Below, piece by piece: positions 1 to 8,264 of a stretch of DNA of 44,207 nt. Location: contig CAZWPU010000001.1 of NCBI GenBank assembly GCA_964635605.1, positions 1 to 44,207 of the forward strand. Direction: 5' to 3'. Each line of letters opens with the position of its first letter. The stretch's first letter is position 1. The position numbers and the translations under genes are program-made. Source of the stretch: an uncultured Bacteroidales bacterium (GTDB lineage: Bacteria > Bacteroidota > Bacteroidia > Bacteroidales > UBA12077). The notes beneath the pieces were generated by a model. That model ran no database searches. It saw nothing but the letters and a program-made list of their open reading frames with translations, and was not told the DNA's origin.

Positions 1-271
1 CTAAAAAATGATCAATGTGTGGATGGGTTATAAAAATAGCTTCAGGAATGCGATTGTAGTTTTGCAATAAATACTGTACTGTGCCATGCCCAGCATCTAT
101 CAAAAGTTCCCACTCAATTTCATCTTTCGCTGTATATTTTTTTTTAAAAAGAGAGCAGGATGCATTGGCCAAATCTATATACTCTTTTCTGTTATAAAAG
201 GGATGATTTTGCCCCAATAAAACCGGCCAGGCATTACCTCGTCCATTAATTCTTAATTGCACCTGACTCAT
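1..271 (-). CDS. MBL-fold metallo-hydrolase, N-terminal 90 codons (gene runs off the left edge)
   Basis: Not in the supplied ORF track. Hand translation from ATG at 271..269 gives MSQVQLRINGRGNAWPVLLGQNHPFYNRKEYIDLANASCSLF...ELLIDAGHGTVQYLL...AIFITHPHIDHFL with no stop down to position 2. THPHIDH matches the HxHxDH zinc motif of the metallo-beta-lactamase fold. Confidence 0.6.
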   Translation of the reverse strand, partial: MSQVQLRINGRGNAWPVLLGQNHPFYNRKEYIDLANASCSLFKKKYTAKDEIEWELLIDAGHGTVQYLLQNYNRIPEAIFITHPHIDHFL

Positions 272-320
272 ATCATTAACTGTTTAATTTATTAAAAATA
301 AATGTACAAATTCCTAATGA

Positions 321-353
321 AATAAAAAAGAGCCTGCTTAGCAAACAGGCTCT
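321..353 (-). terminator. Rho-independent terminator downstream of the S46 peptidase gene
   Basis: 8-bp GC-containing stem agagcctg (329..336) / caggctct (346..353) with a 9-nt loop. On the minus strand it is followed directly by a U-run (A-run 324..329 on plus). Confidence 0.55.
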
Positions 354-376
354 GAATGAGGTTTTTTATTATATTT

Positions 377-2518
377 TTAATCAACAATGGTCATCTCATC
401 AATTAAATGAGTTGCTCCGGCATATTTATCGATTAAAAAAAGCACATAACGAATATCGACGGAAATATTTCTGCTTTGCCCAGGATCAAAAATCATATCG
501 CTCATGATACCTTCCCATACACGGTCAAAATTTAATCCTATCAAATTCCCTTCGGCATCTAAAACCGGGCTACCCGAGTTACCTCCCGTAGTATGATTAG
601 TTGCAAGAAAACAAACGGGTACTGTACCATTCACCTCATATCGGCCAAAATCTTTTTTCTGATAAACATCTTTTAACCGGGCGGGTACATCATAATCATA
701 AATTTCCGGATTATCCTTTTCCATTACTCCATCAAGGGTCGTATAGTATTGATATTTAATTCCATCGCATGGGTAAGAACCACTAACCTCTCCATAAGAA
801 ACACGCATGGTAAAGTTTGCATCAGGAAACAAAATCTGGTCATCCTGCATTTCCATCAGGCCTTTCATGTAAGAACGATAAAGGGTTTGGGTAATAATGT
901 TTAACGAATCGCGACTGGGTTTAATTGCTGATTGATATAACTGATTAAAAGATTGGAAGAACCGATAAATGGCATCATTTTCTAACTTATCCAGTTCATC
1001 CTTGTTATCCAAACTCAAAATTTCTTTCAATTCATCAGGGCTATCAAATACAGAGCTTTGATACAGGTTTTGAACAAATTCTTCATAATCACCTGAAAAA
1101 TTTAACGAGGATAAATCGGGATGAAATTCACGGGAAACATTTTTATAGTACAAAGGCAGTAGCTGAGAAAAAATTTCACGGTCAATTATTTGCACATAAT
1201 CTTTAAAAAATTGCTCATGCTGATCCTTCAGGTTTTCCAATTCTTTCTCAATTTCTTTTTTATCAGCATCCGAATCAATCATTTGAATAAGTTCATCAAA
1301 CCGGGAAGCAAAACGAACAATTTCAACCGCCAAAATTGCTTCTCTATAATAATCGAATGCAATATCATACTTTTCCAGCTCGCTGTAAACATTTGAAAAA
1401 TTTTCTAGTAATCCAACATATTCATTATGGCCTGATTCAGCCCATTTTCTGAATTGATATTCGAGTTCCATCTTCTTTTCAACGGCATTTAATCTTTCTA
1501 AACCTAGAATTTCCCCTTTCCATCGCTTCCATGAATTACTTACTCCTGCATTTTTGGATGCATACTTTATACGAATGGTATCATTGTTTTCCATGTATCT
1601 ATTCATTACATCTAAACGGATATCACGCAATTCAATTTTATTAGGATTGCTTATATTTTTTATCCATTTAATTTCATCAGAAGTAACATATTGATATGTC
1701 CCTCCAGGATACCCGAGTACCATAGTAAAATCACCTTCGTTTATTCCTTTTATTGAAATTGGTAAATATTTTTTCGGTTTATAAGGAACATTTTCGGGTG
1801 AATACCCAGCGGGTTGATTATTCTTATCGGCATAAATTCTAAAAACAGAAAAGTCGCCGGTATGTCTTGGCCACATCCAATTGTCGGTATCACCGCCAAA
1901 TTTTCCGATTGCCGAGGGCGGAGCACCTACCAAACGCACGTCTTTATATACTTCATAAACAAACAAAAAATATTGATTCCCATAATAAAACGAGCGCACG
2001 GAGGCATTATAATGGTTATCTTCTTCTGCCTGGTCCTGTATTATTTTACTATTTTCACGAATCTTTTCTTTTCGTTCTTCTTTGGTCATATCATCGGTAA
2101 CTCCCTCCAGTGTTTTATCCGTAACATCTTCGATTCTTTTTAGAAAAGTAGCTGTTAATCCCGGATTAGGCAACTCTTCTTCTTGCGACATAGCCCAAAA
2201 TCCGTCGGTTAAGTAATCATGTTCAACTGAGCTGTGTTGCTGTATTGCTCCATATCCACAGTGATGATTAGTGAGAATTAATCCCTGGTTAGATACTAAC
2301 TCACCAGTACATCCACGACCAAAAATTACAATAGCATCCTTTAAACAGTCCTGGTTAATACTATATATATCCTCTGCAGAAAGTTTAAAACCTTTTTTCT
2401 GCATGTCTTCAATGTTATACTTTTCAATTAACAGCGGAATCCACATTCCTTCGTCGGCTGACGAAAATCTTAAATTCAATAAAAGCGTAACTAAAAGTAA
2501 GAGTACAATTTTTTTCAT
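377..2518 (-). CDS. S46-family dipeptidyl-peptidase (DPP7/DPP11 family), DPP11-like
   Basis: Signal peptide followed by DEGMW. Catalytic His motif TNHHCGY and catalytic Ser motif TGGNSGSPV. The 713-aa length is typical of S46. Arg at Ser+18 (NFDR, codon 523..521) matches the acidic-P1 determinant of DPP11. Confidence 0.85.
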   Translation of the reverse strand: MKKIVLLLLVTLLLNLRFSSADEGMWIPLLIEKYNIEDMQKKGFKLSAEDIYSINQDCLKDAIVIFGRGCTGELVSNQGLILTNHHCGYGAIQQHSSVEHDYLTDGFWAMSQEEELPNPGLTATFLKRIEDVTDKTLEGVTDDMTKEERKEKIRENSKIIQDQAEEDNHYNASVRSFYYGNQYFLFVYEVYKDVRLVGAPPSAIGKFGGDTDNWMWPRHTGDFSVFRIYADKNNQPAGYSPENVPYKPKKYLPISIKGINEGDFTMVLGYPGGTYQYVTSDEIKWIKNISNPNKIELRDIRLDVMNRYMENNDTIRIKYASKNAGVSNSWKRWKGEILGLERLNAVEKKMELEYQFRKWAESGHNEYVGLLENFSNVYSELEKYDIAFDYYREAILAVEIVRFASRFDELIQMIDSDADKKEIEKELENLKDQHEQFFKDYVQIIDREIFSQLLPLYYKNVSREFHPDLSSLNFSGDYEEFVQNLYQSSVFDSPDELKEILSLDNKDELDKLENDAIYRFFQSFNQLYQSAIKPSRDSLNIITQTLYRSYMKGLMEMQDDQILFPDANFTMRVSYGEVSGSYPCDGIKYQYYTTLDGVMEKDNPEIYDYDVPARLKDVYQKKDFGRYEVNGTVPVCFLATNHTTGGNSGSPVLDAEGNLIGLNFDRVWEGIMSDMIFDPGQSRNISVDIRYVLFLIDKYAGATHLIDEMTIVD

Positions 2519-2522
2519 AATT

Positions 2523-3122
2523 CTATTCAGTAATATTTATAAATTGATCAAGTTCAGTATATAATTTTTGGATAGGTAAACCCATGACATTAAAAAAAGA
2601 GCCATTAATTTTTTCTACGCCAACATAACCTATCCATTCCTGAATACCGTAAGCACCTGCTTTATCAAATGGTTGATAATGATTAATATAGTAATCTATC
2701 TCGGCAAAAGTAAGCTTACGAAAATAAACGTCGGTTCGAGCAGTAAAAGATTGGGTTTTATCTTTGGATTTGATACATACACCAGTATAAACCTGGTGGC
2801 ATTTTCCCGATAACTCTTTTAAAATTTTTATAGCATCCTCGTAATTGGCGGGTTTTTGCAGCACTTTATCCTTAAGCCATACAATAGTATCAGCCGTTAT
2901 TATAATCATATCATCGTCAAGATCTTCGTCAAAAACCTTTGCCTTTTTCTTGGCAAGATATAAAGGTATTTGCTCACGAATAAGTTGTTGTGGATAAGAT
3001 TCATCGATAAATCCTTTTTTTTTGATTTCAAAATCAAGACCGATTTCTTTCAACAGATAATGACGTCGAGGAGAATCAGAAGCAAGAGTAATATGATAAT
3101 TTTCTATTCCAGGAATAAACAT
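2523..3122 (-). CDS. maf: Maf-family nucleoside triphosphate pyrophosphatase (septum formation protein Maf)
   Basis: ITLASDSPRRHYLL near the N-terminus, DKAGAYGIQE near the C-terminus, and about 200 aa length. Confidence 0.85.
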   Translation of the reverse strand: MFIPGIENYHITLASDSPRRHYLLKEIGLDFEIKKKGFIDESYPQQLIREQIPLYLAKKKAKVFDEDLDDDMIIITADTIVWLKDKVLQKPANYEDAIKILKELSGKCHQVYTGVCIKSKDKTQSFTARTDVYFRKLTFAEIDYYINHYQPFDKAGAYGIQEWIGYVGVEKINGSFFNVMGLPIQKLYTELDQFINITE

Positions 3123-3134
3123 AAAAATAGTAAA

Positions 3135-4085
3135 TTAAATGTGCTGTAAAATTAAATAATTAGCCACTAATGCATATAAAATACCTGCGAACATAATAGC
3201 TTTAGACAGATTGCTGGCAAAGTGATAATCCTTTCTTTCTTTTGCAACAAAAATTTTATACAACAGCATTAATAAGGGAATTATTAAAAATATACTAAAA
3301 TATATTAATGTTATGATATCCTTCAAGAATCTAAAATAAACATAAATTAACGAAAACTCCGTTAAAAGGATAAAAGTAATAACAACTATTTTAGTATTCA
3401 TTACTCCTAATACAATTGGCAAAGTATTTCTCCCATAAGCATTATCACCTTCAAAATCTTCAACATCTTTAATAATTTCACGAATTAAGGTTAATAAAAA
3501 GGCATAGAAAGAAAATGCAGTAACCCATAAAATAACATAGTTAAAGTTAGCTTTCAGCTCAATCATCAAGAGCCCATATTTTTCACGTAATAAAGGTATT
3601 TCAAATAATAAAACCATTAAAGGAACCAGAGCCGTTAGTAAAGCAACAATTACATTGCCAATTAAAAACTGACGTTTATACGTTGTAGAATAAAACCATA
3701 GAATTCCTGTAATCATTACAAAAACCAGTGTAAGAATAGGTAAACCGATGTAAAAAGAAATATATGCACCTAATCCGATACCAATGGTATTAAAAATAAT
3801 ATGTAGAAGAATAGCCCAACGCCGATTGAGTTTGCGTCCTAAAATTACTCTTTCCGGACGATTTAAAAGGTCCGTTTTTGTATCAAAATAATCGTTTATA
3901 ACATACCCTGCTGCTGTAATTAATACCGTAGCCATTACCAAAAAGAAAAAATGTAGTTTGGAAAATTGTAATTCAAACTGGTTAACTTTTAATAGAGGCT
4001 TAATAATACCCCAACGCATTAAATATTGCGTTAAAACAATGATTAACAAATTTTTGTATCGTATAAGCCTTAAAAAATTCATCAT
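3135..4085 (-). CDS. UbiA-superfamily integral-membrane prenyltransferase (DGGGPS-like)
   Basis: About 8-9 hydrophobic helices. First Asp-rich motif NDYFDTKTD; second motif KDVEDFEGDNAYGRNTLPIVLG. Confidence 0.75.
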   Translation of the reverse strand: MMNFLRLIRYKNLLIIVLTQYLMRWGIIKPLLKVNQFELQFSKLHFFFLVMATVLITAAGYVINDYFDTKTDLLNRPERVILGRKLNRRWAILLHIIFNTIGIGLGAYISFYIGLPILTLVFVMITGILWFYSTTYKRQFLIGNVIVALLTALVPLMVLLFEIPLLREKYGLLMIELKANFNYVILWVTAFSFYAFLLTLIREIIKDVEDFEGDNAYGRNTLPIVLGVMNTKIVVITFILLTEFSLIYVYFRFLKDIITLIYFSIFLIIPLLMLLYKIFVAKERKDYHFASNLSKAIMFAGILYALVANYLILQHI

Positions 4086-4095
4086 AAATTAAAGA

Positions 4096-4605
4096 TTAAT
4101 CAAATTTTTTCCATTTCCCTTGTAAACGTAAAACCTGTTCGATTACATCGCGTACACAACCTCTTCCTCCAGGGAACGTAGAAATATATCTTGAAATAGA
4201 TTTTATTTCTTCGGCAGCATCCGCCGGACATGTTGGCAATCCTGCAAAATTCATCACCTCATAATCCGGAAGATCATCCCCCATATAAAGTATCTCTTCG
4301 GGTTTAAGGCCATATTTAAAATAAAAATCTTCGAAATCATTTATTTTATCTCTTGAAGCCATATAAATATCGGTAATCCCAAGATATTGAAAACGTTTTT
4401 TTGTTGCTTGGGAATCGCCTCCTGAAATAATTCCAATAATATACCCCTGCTTTAATGCATAATTAACGGCATACCCATCTTTCATATTTACAGCTCTCAC
4501 AAATTCTCCTCCGGGCTCAAGGTATATTTGTCCATCGGTAAACACTCCATCTACATCAAAAACAAAAGCTTTTATATTACGTAAATCTTCTTTAAAATTT
4601 GTCAT
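4096..4605 (-). CDS. kdsC: KdsC-type HAD-IIIA phosphatase (3-deoxy-D-manno-octulosonate 8-phosphate phosphatase)
   Basis: HAD motif I FDVDGVFTDG, ISGG, the MGDD motif, and about 170 aa typical of KdsC. Confidence 0.8.
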   Translation of the reverse strand: MTNFKEDLRNIKAFVFDVDGVFTDGQIYLEPGGEFVRAVNMKDGYAVNYALKQGYIIGIISGGDSQATKKRFQYLGITDIYMASRDKINDFEDFYFKYGLKPEEILYMGDDLPDYEVMNFAGLPTCPADAAEEIKSISRYISTFPGGRGCVRDVIEQVLRLQGKWKKFD

Positions 4606-4615
4606 TGGATAAAAT

Positions 4616-5410
4616 TCAATCTTTTTTATTTAAGTTATAAATACTTTCGCTCACAAAACTATATATTTTTTCAAATTCGGGGTAATCTTTTAACATTTTC
4701 ACATGCATATCAATCGTTTTTTTATCCTTACGCATTGCTGGTCCGGTTTGTGCATCTAGAGGATTCATTTCGTTTGCTTTTTTAGCGGTTTCATTAATTA
4801 ATGGATGCAATAGGTTAAAATCAATATTATTTTCACCCAACAACTCAGAACCAATATTATACATATGATTCGTAAAGTTACACGCAAATACCGCGGCCAG
4901 GTGTAAAATTTTTCGTTTTTCGGAATTAATTAACTCTACTTTTTTACTTAGACTTTCAGCCAGGGCTAAAAGTTTATTTTCAGTTTCAGAGCTATTTGCT
5001 TCAATACAAATTGGAATCTCAGAAAAATCTAATGCTCTGCTTTTTGTGAATGTTTGTAACGGATAAAAAACCCCAAAATTATCAAAATAAGTTTCAAAAA
5101 CACTCATTGGGACACTTCCGGCTGTATGGACAACTATTCCTTTTTGGATTTTCAAATTCCGGGCAATATCTTCAATAGCAGTGTCTTTAATAGAAATAAT
5201 ATAAATATCGGCATTATCCGGCAATGTTTCCAAACGAGTAGTATAGGGGGTATTTATTTTTTTAGCTAAGCTTTCAGCCGATTTTTCAGTTTGGCTGTAG
5301 ATTTTTTTTATGCAATAACCAGCATTTTTTAAAGCTAAAGCAATGTGTGTAGCAACATTACCTGCTCCAATAATCACAATTCCATTTTTTTTGTGCTGTG
5401 AATAATCCAT
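4616..5410 (-). CDS. Rossmann-like / DUF2520 domain protein (putative NAD(P)-dependent oxidoreductase)
   Basis: N-terminal IIGAGNVATHIALAL dinucleotide fold. C-terminal LHLAAVFACNFTNHMY ... AQTGPAMRKD is typical of the DUF2520 family as I remember it. Confidence 0.65.
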   Translation of the reverse strand: MDYSQHKKNGIVIIGAGNVATHIALALKNAGYCIKKIYSQTEKSAESLAKKINTPYTTRLETLPDNADIYIISIKDTAIEDIARNLKIQKGIVVHTAGSVPMSVFETYFDNFGVFYPLQTFTKSRALDFSEIPICIEANSSETENKLLALAESLSKKVELINSEKRKILHLAAVFACNFTNHMYNIGSELLGENNIDFNLLHPLINETAKKANEMNPLDAQTGPAMRKDKKTIDMHVKMLKDYPEFEKIYSFVSESIYNLNKKD

Positions 5411-5470
5411 AAAAGATTGATTAAAAACATAAAATTAAACGAAAAATTCCAGCAATCAAAACATAAAAAA

Positions 5471-5601
5471 GAGGGTGTCCAAAAAGAAAAAAAGCAACGT
5501 CATTACGATGAGGAACGAAGAAGTAATCTTTTTATTCTCAGACCATTGAAATTTAAAGATTCCTTCACTTCGTTCGGAATGACTACTTTTTGGGCACCCT
5601 C
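5471..5601. repeat. Composite imperfect palindromic intergenic element (REP/MITE-like), probably doubling as terminator of the upstream operon
   Basis: Outer arms gagggtgtccaaaaag (5471..5486) and ctttttgggcaccctc (5586..5601) are reverse complements with one G:U-type mismatch. Inner arms gtcattacgatgaggaacgaagaagtaatc (5499..5528) and gattccttcacttcgttcggaatgac (5558..5583) share gtcatt / gaacgaag / aatc blocks in inverted orientation. On the minus strand the outer stem is followed by UUUUUU. Confidence 0.55.
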
Positions 5602-5622
5602 TTTAATCTTCCAAAGAGCATA

Positions 5623-7404
5623 TTAATAACAATACTTATTTTCTTCGATTAATTTATCAGCAATCCTTCTTCGAGTTTCTTTCACATTTACTCCAGGAAC
5701 TTTTGTGTAAACCTGTACACCTTTAAGCATTTTTTCTGTATGATCCTCATCTTCGATAGAATAAATGGCATCCATGGCATGCTTATATATTTCTGCAGCT
5801 ATTTCAAAAACATAAACATCAAGGATATCTTTATACAATTCCATATCCTCGGGTGTTTTCATGGATTCTAATTTCTTAATACGAAGCATGGTTGATTCAG
5901 CAACATATGTATGCATAATAATATCAGCAATACTATTGATTACTTCCTGTTCGTGAACTAATTTACGTTGATATTTATTTACAGCCGCTTCAATAAGCAT
6001 TAGCGCTGTATTTTTAAAATTGCAAATAAAGAAAGATTTATCTTCGAAATAACCCTTTGGCTGGTAGTTATCGGTTAAATTTTCCAAACCATCGAATACT
6101 TCTTTTGCTTTATCAGATAGTTTGATAACTCCCTTTTGGCCACGTTTGATAATCGTATCAGCAATAAGGATACGATTAATCTCGTTAGTTCCTTCGAAAA
6201 TACGGTTAATCCGAGAATCGCGATATGCTCTGTCAGCGGGCATTTCTGCAGAAAAACCCATTCCTCCCATTATTTGAACAGATTCATCAACAATATAATC
6301 TAATGCTTCAGAACCATAAACTTTCATAATAGCAGCTTCGGGAGCAAATTCAGCAAATCCTTCGATGCTTGCTTTTCCGTGCTCCATACCCTCTTCTTTA
6401 TTAATCTCTGCAACGTCAGAAGCGTTCTTGCTGGCACGATAAACAGCCGACTCGTTGGTAAAAGATTTAATTACCTGTTCGGCTAATTTATGTTTAATGG
6501 CACCAAAATTAGCGATTAGTGACCCAAACTGTTTCCGTTCATTAGCATAATTTACTGATTGAGTAATCACTCGTTTACATGAACCAATTACATTAGCCCC
6601 AAGTTTCAGGCGGCCCATATGTAAAATATTAAGGGCAATACGAAAACCTTCGCCACGTCGTCCCAACAAATTCTCAACGGGAACTTTTACATCATTATAG
6701 AAAATTTGTACTGTTGACGAACCTTTAATACCCATCTTCTTTTCTTCGGGATTAATCACCACTCCATCCCACTTACTCTCAACAATAAAAGCGCTTTGAA
6801 CTCTATCGTTATCGATCTTAGCAAAAACAGTTTGAATGTCTGCAAATCCACCATTGGTAATCCACATTTTCTGGCCATTTAAGATATAATGTTTACCATC
6901 TTCGGATAAAACCGCTTTTGTGGTACCTGCATTCGCATCAGAACCTGCATTAGGTTCTGTTAAACAATACGATGCAATCAATTCTCCTGAAGCCAGTTTC
7001 GGTAAATATCGTTGTTTCTGCTCATCGTTACCGTAATAAACCAATGGAAGTGTTCCGATTCCTGTATGCGCTGAATATGCAACAGCAAAAGAGTATCCTG
7101 CACCAATTTTATCGGCCGAAAGCATTGAAGTTACAATATCCTGCCCAAAACCTTCATATTCTTCAGGTACTGATATTCCTAACAGTCCTAACTCCCCGGC
7201 TTTTTGTAATATTTTCCGCATTAAACCAGGTTCTTTAGCATCAATACGGTCAAGGTTAGGAAATACTTCTGTTTCCAAAAAATCATCACAAGTTTGAGCA
7301 ATCATTTGTTGCTCTTCGTCAAATTCTTCAGGTATGAAAATATCATTAGCATTCATTTCTTTAAGAAGAAATTCACCACCTCTGATTTTTAATTTGTGTT
7401 CCAT
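5623..7404 (-). CDS. Acyl-CoA dehydrogenase (long form, about 590 aa with extra C-terminal helical domain)
   Basis: CLTEPNAGSDA, WITNGG and RIFEGTNEINR motifs of the ACAD family. Confidence 0.85.
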   Translation of the reverse strand: MEHKLKIRGGEFLLKEMNANDIFIPEEFDEEQQMIAQTCDDFLETEVFPNLDRIDAKEPGLMRKILQKAGELGLLGISVPEEYEGFGQDIVTSMLSADKIGAGYSFAVAYSAHTGIGTLPLVYYGNDEQKQRYLPKLASGELIASYCLTEPNAGSDANAGTTKAVLSEDGKHYILNGQKMWITNGGFADIQTVFAKIDNDRVQSAFIVESKWDGVVINPEEKKMGIKGSSTVQIFYNDVKVPVENLLGRRGEGFRIALNILHMGRLKLGANVIGSCKRVITQSVNYANERKQFGSLIANFGAIKHKLAEQVIKSFTNESAVYRASKNASDVAEINKEEGMEHGKASIEGFAEFAPEAAIMKVYGSEALDYIVDESVQIMGGMGFSAEMPADRAYRDSRINRIFEGTNEINRILIADTIIKRGQKGVIKLSDKAKEVFDGLENLTDNYQPKGYFEDKSFFICNFKNTALMLIEAAVNKYQRKLVHEQEVINSIADIIMHTYVAESTMLRIKKLESMKTPEDMELYKDILDVYVFEIAAEIYKHAMDAIYSIEDEDHTEKMLKGVQVYTKVPGVNVKETRRRIADKLIEENKYCY

Positions 7405-7420
7405 TTTTACAAGATTTATT

Positions 7421-8221
7421 TTATAATTCTAATGATTGTTCAATTAATTCTGCAATATCGTAATTTTTAACTTCTTTTTCTTTATTTTTATATTTTAATC
7501 CGTCTGTCATCATTACCATACAATACGGACATGCAGTAACTACAATGTCGGCTCTGGTTTCAAGTGCATCTTCAATACGTTCAATAAACACTTCTTTATC
7601 CCCTTTTTCGGCTTCTTTAAACATTTGTCCGCCACCTGCACCACAGCATAAAGCAAAACTTTTATTCCTTTTCATTTCCACTTTTTTCGAAGGAATAGCT
7701 TCCAATACTTTTCTGGGAGCTTCGTACTCGCCATTGGCACGACCTAAATAGCATGGATCATGATATGTTAATGTTTTATTTTTAAATAAATCACTATTAA
7801 TTTTCAGTTTCCCTTCTTTGATTAAATCACGTAAAAATTGAGTATGATGAATGACTTCGAAATTTCCACCGTAATCGGGATATTCATTCTTAAAGGTATT
7901 AAAAGCATGTGGGTCGCAGGTTAGGATTTTTTTTACTTCGTAACCGTTTAAAATTTCAATATTACTCATTGCCTGCATTTGATACAACATTTCGTTTCCG
8001 GCTCTTCGGGCAATATCTCCCGAAGATGACTCTTCAACACCTAAAACGGCATAACTAATATTCAAATGCGTTAGAATTTTCACAAATGAACGGGTTACTT
8101 TTTTATATCGATCGTCGAACGCACCGGCACTTCCAACCCATAAAAGATATTCGGGTTTTTCGCCATTAGCGAACAAATCGGCCATTACAGGAACTTTTAT
8201 TTTACGTTTTTTTTCTGACAT
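7421..8221 (-). CDS. Cysteine-rich CCG-domain (Fe-S)-binding protein, HdrD/GlpC/DsrK-like
   Basis: C-terminal repeat DPC-x34-CCG-x37-CPYC fits the CCG signature. The N-terminal repeat keeps the spacing but reads S-x34-SSG-x33-CDPH. Confidence 0.75.
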   Translation of the reverse strand: MSEKKRKIKVPVMADLFANGEKPEYLLWVGSAGAFDDRYKKVTRSFVKILTHLNISYAVLGVEESSSGDIARRAGNEMLYQMQAMSNIEILNGYEVKKILTCDPHAFNTFKNEYPDYGGNFEVIHHTQFLRDLIKEGKLKINSDLFKNKTLTYHDPCYLGRANGEYEAPRKVLEAIPSKKVEMKRNKSFALCCGAGGGQMFKEAEKGDKEVFIERIEDALETRADIVVTACPYCMVMMTDGLKYKNKEKEVKNYDIAELIEQSLEL

Positions 8222-8264
8222 GATATTTATGTTTCGAACTTTAATTTATCAAAAAAATTTAAAA

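Noticed and set aside
5417-5626. 69-aa plus-strand ORF between the DUF2520 and ACAD genes
   Set aside because: It is coextensive with the palindromic intergenic element. The Lys/Glu/Arg-rich product has no family resemblance, so it is more likely a repeat-generated open frame than a gene.
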